Part shown: positions 38,810 through 49,124 of the stretch, one piece after another
Position numbering within the stretch: position 1 is the first letter of the stretch
Layout of the letters: each line of letters opens with the position of its first letter
IMG/VR virus record: IMGVR_UViG_3300032280_000320
Location: 1-64,000 of that record
DNA from: a virus
Taxonomy: Duplodnaviria; Caudoviricetes
Strand: one strand, 5' to 3'
Length of the DNA: 64,000 bases
Made by a program: the position numbers and the translations under genes
Notes under the pieces: generated by a model
Database searches by the model: none
What the model was told of the DNA's origin: nothing
The model's input: only the letters and a program-made list of their open reading frames with translations

Positions 38810-39484
38810 CTACCAGTCTAAGCTGCTGCTTGTCGAAGAGTTTGTCTCTTCTGCTTGTCCGCCTTCGCCAGCAAAGAATGACTCTTGATCAGTGTATGGT
38901 AAATCACGCACTGCAGTAGTCTCTAGGTCATACAAATCTACTGTAGATAAATCAAATGCTGTTTCATCTTTTGCTAGTGGAATAATTGTATAACTTGTAT
39001 CTGTTTTTGTACCTGAACGCTTGATGCGCCACATAAGGTTTGTAATTGAGCCCATCTCTCCTGCGTATTCAATTAGTGTAGGTGTAATTGTTTTTCCGCT
39101 TGAGCCCTGTGAAAGAATTGCTACGTATGGATCTTCCTTACCATCATCGATAAGAACATTAATGTAAAGCCGTGAACGACCCTTCCATCCTGCCTTATAA
39201 TCTTTACGATGTTGTTCACAACCATAGCATTTGCCTTGGTCATCCATTGTGCAAAGTGCCTTACGGCGATAGTCCTTTGGATTTGTGTGTTCAACTGCAA
39301 TAAATCCAAGTCCAGCTTTTTCATTGTATGTTGGTGAGTCTGGGTCAAGCTCTTGTAGAAAACGAATCTTAACGCTTTCTGCATCCTCTAGCTTTGCCCA
39401 ACGTGCCTTTGTGCTATCTCCTTCTGAATATGAAGGCTTGTCCATTACTTGATTTAGTCCCTTAAGACCTTTTACTATACCCAT
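38810..39484 (-). CDS. Phage (gp32-like) ssDNA-binding protein
   Basis: L.D.ES.KIRFL, H..C..C..C zinc site, IKR.G..TDTSY, acidic tail ending in W. Confidence 0.75.
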   Translation of the reverse strand: MGIVKGLKGLNQVMDKPSYSEGDSTKARWAKLEDAESVKIRFLQELDPDSPTYNEKAGLGFIAVEHTNPKDYRRKALCTMDDQGKCYGCEQHRKDYKAGWKGRSRLYINVLIDDGKEDPYVAILSQGSSGKTITPTLIEYAGEMGSITNLMWRIKRSGTKTDTSYTIIPLAKDETAFDLSTVDLYDLETTAVRDLPYTDQESFFAGEGGQAEETNSSTSSSLDW

Positions 39485-39535
39485 TTTATCTCCTTTTATA
39501 ATTGATGGTGTAAATCCATCTGTTCTTTTATTGTA

Positions 39536-40534
39536 TCACGGGTTCCAAGATTGATATTCAATATTGGATACTGCGTTCTTAATACAGGCTTTAATCTCTT
39601 CTTGGGTCATATCGCCTACATCTTTTGCATCATGTGGGTATATCTTACCATATTCGTAAGAAGCCCACAAGAGGTCTTTATTCCTTAGCCTGCTGGCTAT
39701 GTTGTTACCAAGCTCTCTTCCAGCCTGGTCTGCGTCTGTCATTATAATTATTCTATTAAAATATTTATTTAATAAAGATATATTCTCTGATGATATGTGA
39801 CCACCTAATGTTGCTACTACATTTGGGAAGCCAGCCTGATGAACTAGGACTGCATCAAAGTTAGATTCAACAATGATTACAATTCCACCTTCTTTTTTTG
39901 CTCTATGAATATTAAACATTGTTTTGCTTCTTGGAAGATTTGTGCTGTTCTTAAATCTCTTGTCTGATATAGATCTGCCAACTAAGCCCACTGGAATTCC
40001 ATCTGGGCTATGTACTGGGGTAATAACCATGCCATTTGCATTTGAGTATCCAAGACCAAAGTATTTCATTGACTCTTCATTGATTCCTCTAGACTCCAAA
40101 TAATCTCTAGGCTCTTTATTGCCAAATAGATCTGCATGTAATCTGTCTAAAACTTCTTGTGAAAATTCTTCAAACTCTGGTTTGTCTTCCATAACAGAGC
40201 TTAGCATCTCATCAAAGTTATCGAGAACAATATTTTCTTTTGAGAACACATATCTCATTGCTTGAAAATCATTCTTATGCAATACTCTTTTAACAAGATC
40301 AATTACTGATCCTGACTCTCCGCATGATGGATTAAAGCAAAGCCATGCGCCAGTTGTTTTACTTATACTACAACTAGCACTGTGTCTATTAGAATGAAAT
40401 GGGCAGTAGAAAGCTATCTCAACATCAGTTTCACCAGTACAGTCTAGGCCTATTCCTTTTACTATAGCCTTGATGTGGTCTGGGGCATACTGCGTGGAAT
40501 CAACTTTCCTTGCGTAATTCCCTCTGACTGCCAT
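39536..40534 (-). CDS. dnaG: DNA primase
   Basis: CPFH..C...C zinc finger, GR, TOPRIM IVESNFD, DADQAG, KDVGD. Confidence 0.92.
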   Translation of the reverse strand: MAVRGNYARKVDSTQYAPDHIKAIVKGIGLDCTGETDVEIAFYCPFHSNRHSASCSISKTTGAWLCFNPSCGESGSVIDLVKRVLHKNDFQAMRYVFSKENIVLDNFDEMLSSVMEDKPEFEEFSQEVLDRLHADLFGNKEPRDYLESRGINEESMKYFGLGYSNANGMVITPVHSPDGIPVGLVGRSISDKRFKNSTNLPRSKTMFNIHRAKKEGGIVIIVESNFDAVLVHQAGFPNVVATLGGHISSENISLLNKYFNRIIIMTDADQAGRELGNNIASRLRNKDLLWASYEYGKIYPHDAKDVGDMTQEEIKACIKNAVSNIEYQSWNP

Positions 40535-40761
40535 GCTTTCTTCTTTCCAACATATATCCCATAGAGTGTCATTAAGAACACCCATGTTTGTCCGTCAAAT
40601 TCTACCGAAAAGGCTGGGTTTATGTCAAGTACTCTTGCATACCCTTTGCCTTTCATGTCTTGTGTTAGAAGGCTTTCGTACTGCGCTCTAACTCTGATCA
40701 TATCGGAATCGTCTTTAAACTCAACCTTTACTTGAAATCTTTTTATCTGTTTGTGATTCAT
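40462..40761 (-). CDS. Hypothetical protein
   Basis: ORF bridging dnaB and dnaG. Confidence 0.7.
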   Translation of the reverse strand: MNHKQIKRFQVKVEFKDDSDMIRVRAQYESLLTQDMKGKGYARVLDINPAFSVEFDGQTWVFLMTLYGIYVGKKKAWQSEGITQGKLIPRSMPQTTSRL

Positions 40762-41989
40762 CTTTTTGGAAAGGATTCTCATAAATTTCTTTGACGATAC
40801 CACGGTTGATATCCCAATCTAAATACAGGCCAAACTCATGACCATGTCTATTCTTTCTTGAAACTATCTCAATCATATTAGTTCCTGGATATCTGTGAAC
40901 TGCCATAGCCATGTCAGCATCATACTCAATAGCCTTTGACCACGCAACCTGAGACATCATTGGAGGATTATCTTGATCAGATACATCGTCCGCAGTTGCT
41001 GCAGTGATATCAATAATTGGAATATTGTTTGATACCGCAAGCATTTTAAACTCACGAGAAACATTTCGGTTTCTTTCTACTTCAGAGTTACTTCGTTTAT
41101 TATCATTAAACAGCTGGTGATAATCAAGGATAACTAGGTCTGGCTTGTGCTGGTCAATCTTGCCTTGAATAGTTGCTGGTGTTACTTCTGTGTTTCCTTC
41201 GTTTGAAATAAGAATAAAGCTATTCTTATCCGCAAACTTTTTTGTAGACCATGAACGAAAGTCATCAATATTAATATTGCCTTTTGAAAAATCTGAGGCT
41301 TTAAATAGACCAGAGCCTAGCATTGTATAGATACGGTCACGCATATTCTCTGGAGACATTTCAAGAGAAACAATCATTGGCTTAAAGCCTTGCTCCCAAG
41401 CCTTACATGCCAAGTAGGAAGTAAACCACGTCTTACCACGTCCAGGCCATCCAATAGCCACGATTAAGTGTCCAGGAGCCATTCCTGTTGGATATGCTAA
41501 ATCAATGGCCTCAAAACCAGTTTTAATTCCTGGTGATCCACCCATCTCTGCAGAACGCACACGAAGTAATTCCATATGTCTAATTGCAGCATCTGCATCT
41601 GTGATATCTAAGTCTCTAACGTTATTTGTAAATCTACTTAGGTTTGCAAGCTGGCTTTGCATCTGCTCTAGAACTCTTGAGGCAGCATCTTCTTTTAATG
41701 CAGAGCCACTCTTTAGAATAATATTCTTCAGTCTATTAGACAGGAACTCATTCTTTAATGTATCAAGATAGTATCCAGTCTCTGCCTTTGTTTCTACTGG
41801 CTCAAAGTCTTTAAACTTTTCCTGCAGGATTCCCACTTCTGGGACCGCCTTGAATTTATAGTAGTATGACTTTAGGCCTTCCCAAATGTCTTTGTGCGAA
41901 GTAAATAGTTCATCCACATTGTCTGCCAGCAGTGTGCTAATGTCTTTATTCTTACATACTGCTGAGATAAGTGTTGCTTCTGTGTTCAC
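40721..41989 (-). CDS. dnaB: Replicative helicase
   Basis: GWPGRGKT, SLEMS, LDYHQL, IEYDAD, KNRHG. Confidence 0.95.
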   Translation of the reverse strand: MNTEATLISAVCKNKDISTLLADNVDELFTSHKDIWEGLKSYYYKFKAVPEVGILQEKFKDFEPVETKAETGYYLDTLKNEFLSNRLKNIILKSGSALKEDAASRVLEQMQSQLANLSRFTNNVRDLDITDADAAIRHMELLRVRSAEMGGSPGIKTGFEAIDLAYPTGMAPGHLIVAIGWPGRGKTWFTSYLACKAWEQGFKPMIVSLEMSPENMRDRIYTMLGSGLFKASDFSKGNINIDDFRSWSTKKFADKNSFILISNEGNTEVTPATIQGKIDQHKPDLVILDYHQLFNDNKRSNSEVERNRNVSREFKMLAVSNNIPIIDITAATADDVSDQDNPPMMSQVAWSKAIEYDADMAMAVHRYPGTNMIEIVSRKNRHGHEFGLYLDWDINRGIVKEIYENPFQKDESQTDKKISSKG

Positions 41990-42309
41990 TCTATTCCGCC
42001 CTGCTCTACCATCTTCTTCGTTTCTTCAAGTAACAAACGACGCTTTTCTTTATCTTTTTCTATCTCAATCTTTAGGGCATCCATCTTATCAAAGTTATAA
42101 AAGAAGAACTGAAGTGGGTGTCCATTCTTTGTTAGAGAGAAATAGTATATCAGAAGTTCTTTTGCACGATCAAAGCCTACACTATCAATAACATCTTGCA
42201 TAGCCCACTTCTCACGGAACTTATTCATTGTTGGAACTCTGCCGTACTTTTCTTTATAAAGACTTTGATATAGCCCAATTAAAATGTATGGCTGCTTCTC
42301 ACTTGCCAC
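41986..42309 (-). CDS. Hypothetical protein
   Basis: Coupled ORF upstream of dnaB. Confidence 0.75.
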   Translation of the reverse strand: MASEKQPYILIGLYQSLYKEKYGRVPTMNKFREKWAMQDVIDSVGFDRAKELLIYYFSLTKNGHPLQFFFYNFDKMDALKIEIEKDKEKRRLLLEETKKMVEQGGIE

Positions 42310-42502
42310 TCTTAAGCTCTTCTTCTACCTCTTGAGTCTTTTGAATTAGCTTGTCTTCAACAAACTTGTATACACGTTCTGTTGCTGCATCGACATGCTC
42401 ACCCTGCCGAACATCATCTTCTACTCCAATACCAATCTTGATACTTTCATAGTTTCCAAGGTTACGTGTAAACGATAGGTCTACTTTAACTCTAGTTGTC
42501 AT
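42299..42502 (-). CDS. Hypothetical phage protein
   Basis: FTRNLGNYESIKI motif; start moved to MTTRV. Confidence 0.75.
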   Translation of the reverse strand: MTTRVKVDLSFTRNLGNYESIKIGIGVEDDVRQGEHVDAATERVYKFVEDKLIQKTQEVEEELKSGK

Positions 42503-42987
42503 TACTCCGCCTTCCATACAGGTACGAACTTTCCATCTTCTGTCTTAGTATACAATATTAAGTTGTGTTTGAGAAGCCCCAGTAATTCTGCCTTTGTCGG
42601 TACATCTGAAGAATGTCCTGAATCTAATATATGCTGGTGCATGTCCAAAATGTCTGATTCGCTAAACATATACTTAGACCAATTAGGATTCTCTGGGTCT
42701 CCTATAGGATAAATTTTTTGTGGAGTAATTACTTTACCATCCAAGATATAATCTTGAATAGTAACCCTATGCCTATTAAGCATTGCCGCCACTTGCTTTA
42801 CGCTATAGGCAGTCTCCATGTATTTTTTAACTTGTGAATACGAATAAAGCATTCTCTTTTTATCTGGATAGCACCAGGCAACCAATTCATCTTTTGATCT
42901 TGATGATCTTATAACCTTGTGTATCTTTTGATTTAAGAAGAAATACCGTAGTTCTTTTGATTTAAGTTTTCTATTTGATCTAGCCAT
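42502..42987 (-). CDS. MerR/excisionase-type HTH DNA-binding protein
   Basis: YSVKQVAAMLNRHRVTIQDYILDG..P, FSE.DI. Confidence 0.75.
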   Translation of the reverse strand: MARSNRKLKSKELRYFFLNQKIHKVIRSSRSKDELVAWCYPDKKRMLYSYSQVKKYMETAYSVKQVAAMLNRHRVTIQDYILDGKVITPQKIYPIGDPENPNWSKYMFSESDILDMHQHILDSGHSSDVPTKAELLGLLKHNLILYTKTEDGKFVPVWKAE

Positions 42988-43118
42988 TTACCGAAAGCAC
43001 TCGTTTCTTTATTAATCATCCAGCGTTTTCCACACATCACACAGAACATTTCCATGTGTAGCTTTTGAGAAAATACTCTGTCTACAAAAACTCTTCCTCT
43101 ACATTTAGAGCAAAACAT
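42933..43118 (-). CDS. Zinc-ribbon protein
   Basis: CSKC.GR.F.D...C.MCG.R. Confidence 0.75.
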   Translation of the reverse strand: MFCSKCRGRVFVDRVFSQKLHMEMFCVMCGKRWMINKETSAFGKWLDQIENLNQKNYGISS

Positions 43119-43918
43119 TATAAGGTAAACACCTTTCCGTCAACTACGCAAGAATAGTCTGGCGCAACGTGAATCATGTTTATGTGAGGATAATCATTTA
43201 CAATATGTGCAATAGCAAATCCTTTTTGCCAGTCATGGTGCTGCATGTATTTCATTCCAGGACCTTTTTCATCACACATATGGCCTAGCTCGTAACCACG
43301 AAGGGTTTCGCCTTCTCCGCCGTTTCGTAATTCATAAGTAACTAGATGAGATGCAATTCTATGAGAGTGACCTCTAATTAAAGATACTTGAAGGTCTTCC
43401 ATGTCTTTTCTGACTGAGCCTGTTGCTGCAATTGAAAGTCCATGGTGTACGTGGATATCTCCAAAGCGGAGCTTAGGTAGTTCGTTATAGTGAATATATT
43501 CATAGCCTAAAGAGTCTAATCCCCAAAGAGCTTCTGGAGTAACCTCATTAATATATTCAGGAAGTTTTGCATCTACATAATTAAATACTCTTATATCATG
43601 ATTTCCAAGTGCTGAGAATAGCTGAGCATCTGGTAGCATCTCTCTTGTCTTTGCATAAAAATCTCTTGCGCCCTTTGCTTCATGACGCATCATAGGAACA
43701 ATGAGATCTCCACTTTCAGTCTTGTGATAGTTTAAGAACTCTGCTGAGCGTCCCTCTGTGTACTTACTATAGCAAGCCTGATCATCTGTGTCTCCTAAAT
43801 AGTCAACCACATCTGGCTTAAACCATTTCATTACCTTAAACCATAGAGCAATCATCTTATCGTCTTGATAAGGGAACTGCTGGTCAGAGGATATCATCCA
43901 TTTTAAATCGTTACTCAT
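43118..43918 (-). CDS. Calcineurin-like metallophosphoesterase
   Basis: SDQQ, LGD..D, GNHD, HG, GHSH. Confidence 0.9.
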   Translation of the reverse strand: MSNDLKWMISSDQQFPYQDDKMIALWFKVMKWFKPDVVDYLGDTDDQACYSKYTEGRSAEFLNYHKTESGDLIVPMMRHEAKGARDFYAKTREMLPDAQLFSALGNHDIRVFNYVDAKLPEYINEVTPEALWGLDSLGYEYIHYNELPKLRFGDIHVHHGLSIAATGSVRKDMEDLQVSLIRGHSHRIASHLVTYELRNGGEGETLRGYELGHMCDEKGPGMKYMQHHDWQKGFAIAHIVNDYPHINMIHVAPDYSCVVDGKVFTL

Positions 43919-43934
43919 TGTTTACCTTTATACG

Positions 43935-43959
43935 AAAAAAGTCACGGGTACGTGACTTT
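43935..43959 (-). terminator. Intrinsic terminator
   Basis: AAAGTCACG-TACC-CGTGAC followed by TTTTTT. Confidence 0.8.
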
Positions 43960-43960
43960 G

Positions 43961-44001
43961 ATGTTACACCGTAAGTGTAACATATTTTATGCGGTTGTCA
44001 A
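43961..44001 (-). promoter_or_regulatory. Promoter overlapped by a 9-5-9 palindrome
   Basis: TTGACA-16-TACACT (TGn); ATGTTACAC-N5-GTGTAACAT. Confidence 0.7.
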
Positions 44002-44003
44002 TA

Positions 44004-44453
44004 CTAGCTAAGCGTTTTGAATTGAACTGCTTGCCATGATATAAATCCATTATCAATCTTTGTATCAGAATATATATATATCTTTGGATCATCTTTAAGT
44101 GTGTTTACTGAAACTGTAATATTTTTACCCTTTGATCCTTCTGCGCCAATGTTTCCATGGTATATTGCTGTAACGTATGGAAGGGTAACTTCTCCACTAA
44201 GATCAAATAGTTGTGCGCCTAGCCAGTTTATTGGAAATCCCTTTACCTTACCAGCTACTACACCACTTACAGGTATTCTTCCAGCATCAATAATAGGAAC
44301 TCTGTTAATAGACTTCTGTCCTACTGTAGCATTTTGCAATGAAGCGTTTTGCTTAAAAACGCTTGTTATGTTTTGCTGAAGCATGTTTAATTTATTAGGG
44401 TCTAGGGGTTCACCCTCCATAAAATTTACTGGTGTAAGTGTATATTCTGCCAT
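44004..44453 (-). CDS. Probable tail-associated protein
   Basis: F.EGEPLDP.KLN N-terminus; beta-rich H-lectin-like end (ISWQAV). Confidence 0.6.
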   Translation of the reverse strand: MAEYTLTPVNFMEGEPLDPNKLNMLQQNITSVFKQNASLQNATVGQKSINRVPIIDAGRIPVSGVVAGKVKGFPINWLGAQLFDLSGEVTLPYVTAIYHGNIGAEGSKGKNITVSVNTLKDDPKIYIYSDTKIDNGFISWQAVQFKTLS

Positions 44454-44454
44454 G

Positions 44455-44604
44455 TTATTCTCCTACTTGACTATTATCTTCTTCAGAAGTGTTTGTCAGA
44501 TTAGTTATTTCAGCACGTAGGATTGCTATATGCGTCTCATAATTTGAGACAAGCTCTCCAATGCGTTGCTGTAGTGCCTGTACTACTAGTTCTGCTTTAT
44601 CCAT
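44455..44604 (-). CDS. Small coiled-coil protein (49 aa)
   Basis: MDKAELVVQALQQRIGELVSNYETHIAILRAEIT; AAGGA RBS. Confidence 0.7.
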   Translation of the reverse strand: MDKAELVVQALQQRIGELVSNYETHIAILRAEITNLTNTSEEDNSQVGE

Positions 44605-44637
44605 TATATTCCTTTTCTACTTATCATAAGGATACCA

Positions 44638-47600
44638 TTATCCTTCTAGGGCGTCAAGTCTTGCTTGAAGAGTATCTATTTTATTAGCCATCTCTTTAAA
44701 TGCACCTACAAGGTACATTGGTATTTTTTCATATCCAACCGAATCAGGCAAACCATTTTTATATATAACAAGATCATTATTCGGCTGTATCTCATGAACA
44801 TCTTCTGCAATTAAACCTAAGTGCACCTGTTCTGGTAAATCAGAAAATTCTGGCTTATAGTTAAATGTCACAGGACTGAGATTTTTTATCAAATCATATA
44901 TTGGCTCTGTGTTTTTGTATTCAATGTTTTCTTTATAATTTCGGCTAGATGCGGATGAGTATACTCTTAAGTATCCGTCTGCTGCTTGAACTAGGGTTAC
45001 ACCTGAACCTGGTGTTCTTGTAGTTGTGCCAAGTGTATTTGCAAATATTCTACCGTCACCAAAGATTCTTGTTATTGGTCTACCAGCAATATCTGGATTT
45101 GGGGTATCACTGCTTCCATTTCCACCAATCATAATGCTACCAGTTAGTCTTAAATTTCTCCACCTATAAGTACTGTAAGTAACTGAGGACTGTGCGCTTG
45201 ACTGATTGATTCCTAAATCTGAGCCTCCATCATAGTATGGGTAGCATGAGCTTTGCCACCCTCCACTATTTACAGATATAAAACCAATTGAGTTAACTCC
45301 TAAACTAGGGATTCCGTTTCTTTGATATACTGTTGAGAAAGCGTTTGTAACAGTACTGATTATAACCGTTGGGTTTCCGTCTGGATCATTACCTACGGCT
45401 CCAGAGCCTCCGTCTACGTTAATAGATCCGCCAGTAATTAATGCACCGCTGATTGATGTATTTGCTGCTACAGCATTTGCTGTAATGTTTCCAGTTATTA
45501 TTGCGCTTTTTGCAGTTAATATACCACTTGAGCTAACGCTAAAGTTTGTTGAGCTATTTGATATTGAACCGTTAGAATTAATTGTTAATGTGTTTGTTCC
45601 GTCTGTTGCAGTAATTGTAGATGCTGATATTGCACCACTAAATGTTCCAGATGCTGCGGACAGGGATCCCTTAAAGAAAGCATTTCCAGATGCGTCAATT
45701 ACAAACTGCTTAGATATAATAGATCCTTGGTTATCTAAAACAATACTCATTCCATTTTGAGAAAATGGAGTTGTATTTGGTGATCCTCCAGGTGCTGTAT
45801 ATGTTGCTGACTGAATTACTCCAGTTCTAATCTTGCCGCCTGAAATTGTTGTTGTATTGCTGTTAACGTCTGCTGCTGCTCCGCCTGCGCCAAGTTTAGT
45901 AGCTAGACCTGTTGTCAGGTCTGTAGTCGATGCCTTGGTGGCTAGACCCGTTGTAAGAGCTGTAGTAGATGCCTTTGCAGCCAAGCTTGTGTTTATGTCA
46001 GTTATTGTTGGTCCTGTGATTGTTGCAGCTTTCATAACCACTGTTCCGTCTGCTTGAACATAGAAATTTGCTGCTGTTGAACGTGCTCCGCCTGCCCAAA
46101 ATACAATATCAGATGGAGAGTTTGTATTTGGTGTAGCAATACCTGCTGTATAGCTTGTGCTAGTTGCTGTTATCTGTGCGGTGGCTGAGTTAAGTGTGAG
46201 TGTGCCAGATGTGCTTGTTTTTGATATAGCGCTTGATGTTACATCCCAGTTACCAATAGAAGCAGATGCTGTTGTAAGCTTTCCTGTTGTGCCATTGATT
46301 GTTGTTATGCCATTTGTTCCTGCTGAGTTAAATGTGAGTCCAGTTGAATTTAATATGTATCCTGCACCTGAAAGGTTACCTCCAACAATTGCTCCAGAAT
46401 ATAATGAGCCACCGCTTGCAATATTAACGTTACCAGTAAATGATCCGCTAGCTGCATTTATATTTCCAGTAAGGTATAAGTTTGTTCCATTAAAATACAT
46501 GAACTGTGTGTCTGTTCCCACACGTAATTGTCCTGTTGTTAGCCAGTAGTTGTTTTTATTTCCAGTCTTATTTAAAAGTATTCCATGGTATCCGCCAAGA
46601 GGAGAAGGTGAGTTTGACGGAATAGTTGTTATGGAAGTGTTAATTGAATCAGGTATTCCTGTTCCAAACTTAAATAGGTCTCCTGTTGCTCCACCAATTG
46701 CTAATATTGATTTTAATCTTGCTGCAGCATTTACTGCGGTTGCAGCAGCGTCAGCTGCTGTAAATGTTTGGGTTGTGCTATATGTTTGTGTATTGTTATA
46801 CTGATCTACCGATGCAACTTGATAGTAATATGTTACATTTGGAATAAGCCCAGATGCAGTAAACGAAGTAGCATTTGTAAATCCATATTCCCAATTTGGA
46901 TTTGGCACTGTTGCTGGGTTATCTGGTGACCAGCGAAGCCTATACCCTCTTGTAGAAGTATCTGTTGATGCCGTCCAAGAAATTCTTGAAGATAAGCTAA
47001 ATCCAGTTTGGTCGTAAGTATCAACTGTTGCAACAGCACCTATTCCTGTTGGATTTGTTGGTGGAATTAAATCTGCAACAACAACTGATTTAGGAGTAAC
47101 AGATACTGCTGCTCCATATTGGCCAGCACTTCCATTGTTTGCAATAAACCTTGCTCTAACCCAACGCTTATTCTGGTTACTTCTTGTTAGCGATACTGGA
47201 TTTGATAGACCATAAAAACATGTTTCATATCCAGATGCTGGATCTGTTGCAGATGTAGATTCTACTTCTTGTATTTCAATTCCTGCAAATGTTTTATCTG
47301 TTGGCGTTGTATATGATACAGTGTAGCCTTCTACTGCTTCAGCAACATTTATTGTTGGTGCTGGCAAATTATTTACATACACGTGTGCTGCAAATGTAAC
47401 TGGTGTGCCTTGATTACCGTATATGTCTACTGTTGAAACTGAGCCAGAAAACGAAGTCTGTGGTACACCAAAGGATGCTCTATTTGCTTCTAAGCTTAAT
47501 GCAAATTTTTGCGAGGAGCCTGCTACTGGCCTTAATGTAAAGTCTGCTGCGGTGCCATCTGTTGCTATTAGTTTTATTAAATAAAATGACAAATAGCTGT

Positions 47601-48180
47601 TTGCTGGTGCAGAGGGGTCAGAATTAAACCCTACGGTAAAATCTGTACCAGACCATGCTGGGACAATTACTGTTGGTAAGCCTGGTGCATCAGCTTTTGC
47701 TGTTACATTTACAACTTGATTGAATCCAGAAAATGCTCCTGTTTTTGACACTGATCTAAGCTTTACATTATAATCGCCTGGCAATACTGGTATGTTTAAT
47801 GAGCCGCCTGTTGCTGGTATTGATCCCTTGCTTATATATAAGTTATCTGCGTCTGTCGCCCATTTAATATAAACTTCAATCTTATCTAGTGTTGATGGGT
47901 AGCTTCCTCCAACAGAATTTTTGCCGTCCCATTTAACAGTTATTATTCCTTGTGAGTATGTTACTATAGCTGGGGATGGCGGTAGTGGTGTTGATTCTGC
48001 TGGTGCGGTTATAGACTTTACTGCAGACCAATCTTCTCCAAATGTTCCATCCTTATACTTCCATCTAAACTCTAATGGATAAATAGTTCCTGGTATCAGG
48101 CCTGGTATGGTTACAATAAAGTAATCGCCGTTGTCATATGACTGCGATGTGTCTTTAAGTAAATCCTGATACTCTGCCAT
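44638..48180 (-). CDS. Tail fibre/tip protein with FN3 repeats and C-terminal S74 chaperone
   Basis: FN3 patterns (GLIPNVTYYYQVASVD), Gly/Ser/Thr beta repeats, SS..YKENI...GLIAEDV + coiled coil. Confidence 0.85.
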   Translation of the reverse strand: MAEYQDLLKDTSQSYDNGDYFIVTIPGLIPGTIYPLEFRWKYKDGTFGEDWSAVKSITAPAESTPLPPSPAIVTYSQGIITVKWDGKNSVGGSYPSTLDKIEVYIKWATDADNLYISKGSIPATGGSLNIPVLPGDYNVKLRSVSKTGAFSGFNQVVNVTAKADAPGLPTVIVPAWSGTDFTVGFNSDPSAPANSYLSFYLIKLIATDGTAADFTLRPVAGSSQKFALSLEANRASFGVPQTSFSGSVSTVDIYGNQGTPVTFAAHVYVNNLPAPTINVAEAVEGYTVSYTTPTDKTFAGIEIQEVESTSATDPASGYETCFYGLSNPVSLTRSNQNKRWVRARFIANNGSAGQYGAAVSVTPKSVVVADLIPPTNPTGIGAVATVDTYDQTGFSLSSRISWTASTDTSTRGYRLRWSPDNPATVPNPNWEYGFTNATSFTASGLIPNVTYYYQVASVDQYNNTQTYSTTQTFTAADAAATAVNAAARLKSILAIGGATGDLFKFGTGIPDSINTSITTIPSNSPSPLGGYHGILLNKTGNKNNYWLTTGQLRVGTDTQFMYFNGTNLYLTGNINAASGSFTGNVNIASGGSLYSGAIVGGNLSGAGYILNSTGLTFNSAGTNGITTINGTTGKLTTASASIGNWDVTSSAISKTSTSGTLTLNSATAQITATSTSYTAGIATPNTNSPSDIVFWAGGARSTAANFYVQADGTVVMKAATITGPTITDINTSLAAKASTTALTTGLATKASTTDLTTGLATKLGAGGAAADVNSNTTTISGGKIRTGVIQSATYTAPGGSPNTTPFSQNGMSIVLDNQGSIISKQFVIDASGNAFFKGSLSAASGTFSGAISASTITATDGTNTLTINSNGSISNSSTNFSVSSSGILTAKSAIITGNITANAVAANTSISGALITGGSINVDGGSGAVGNDPDGNPTVIISTVTNAFSTVYQRNGIPSLGVNSIGFISVNSGGWQSSCYPYYDGGSDLGINQSSAQSSVTYSTYRWRNLRLTGSIMIGGNGSSDTPNPDIAGRPITRIFGDGRIFANTLGTTTRTPGSGVTLVQAADGYLRVYSSASSRNYKENIEYKNTEPIYDLIKNLSPVTFNYKPEFSDLPEQVHLGLIAEDVHEIQPNNDLVIYKNGLPDSVGYEKIPMYLVGAFKEMANKIDTLQARLDALEG

Positions 48181-48181
48181 T

Positions 48182-49114
48182 TTATAGGTTTAGATCCAAT
48201 CTGTATTCTACGTCTACTGTTCTTCCCGTTGTTTTATATAGAGGTGAAGAAAGTATTGATCTACTTATAATACCAAAGTTTGGATCAAATGTATCCTCAT
48301 CATTTATTCTGAGTCCGTCTGCGCCAATAGATGTTTGTTGTCCAGTAACTGGTGTTATAACTATACCAATTCTATTAATGCTTGATATGTTTGGTCCATT
48401 TACTGCTCCCGCAAATAGTTCCTCTAGGTATATTTCGTCTGCTACCTTATACCCTACTCCTCCTGCAGGTGTTATTTGTACCTGATAATACTTATTAACA
48501 TCGCTATAAAATCTTATTTTAATGTTTGAAAGGTTTACATCGTTTTGATAATAAACAAAAGACAAGGAGTCTAGCTTTGAATATCCAGATAAATCAATTG
48601 GGATTACTGATGTAACATATTCTTTTGATGATCCCGTTCCTGAATACATCTCAAGTGTGGTCTCTCCAATTTTTCCATTGACATAGCTTAGTGATGGGTT
48701 GCCTCCTGCCAACTCTTCCCAGTCTAGGGGACTTGAAAACTCTGAAAGAAACTTACTATCATAGTTATTTGAAGATGTTCTTGTTGATGGATAAATTCCA
48801 ATTTCTGAAATTACACCAGAAACATCTTGTGGCAATGTTGCTTTATACACTACAGCATATGTGGTTCCATCTGTATCAGTCTGTATATCTGTGCTATAAA
48901 TTCCTACTGGCAGTCTATAAAACTCAAACTCTAATCTTGTGTCGTCCGCCGTTGCTGCGGTTGATCCTATACCAAATGCCATATCTCTGTCGGCTGTTTC
49001 TACCTTGCCAGCAAGAAGATTAGTTAAATATCTTTTACCAAACTTTGTTATAATATTTTTTGAACGGCCTATCTCTTTGCCGTCTTCATAATATATGTAT
49101 GTACCTTTTATCAT
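48182..49114 (-). CDS. Minor tail protein
   Basis: NIITKFGKR, L.FEFYR, ISEIGIY; start moved to MIKGT (GGAG RBS). Confidence 0.7.
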   Translation of the reverse strand: MIKGTYIYYEDGKEIGRSKNIITKFGKRYLTNLLAGKVETADRDMAFGIGSTAATADDTRLEFEFYRLPVGIYSTDIQTDTDGTTYAVVYKATLPQDVSGVISEIGIYPSTRTSSNNYDSKFLSEFSSPLDWEELAGGNPSLSYVNGKIGETTLEMYSGTGSSKEYVTSVIPIDLSGYSKLDSLSFVYYQNDVNLSNIKIRFYSDVNKYYQVQITPAGGVGYKVADEIYLEELFAGAVNGPNISSINRIGIVITPVTGQQTSIGADGLRINDEDTFDPNFGIISRSILSSPLYKTTGRTVDVEYRLDLNL

Positions 49115-49124
49115 ATTATCTCCA

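Noticed and set aside
44638-48180. Diversity-generating retroelement target in the tail fibre
   Set aside because: No reverse transcriptase or template/variable repeat pair noticed in the window.
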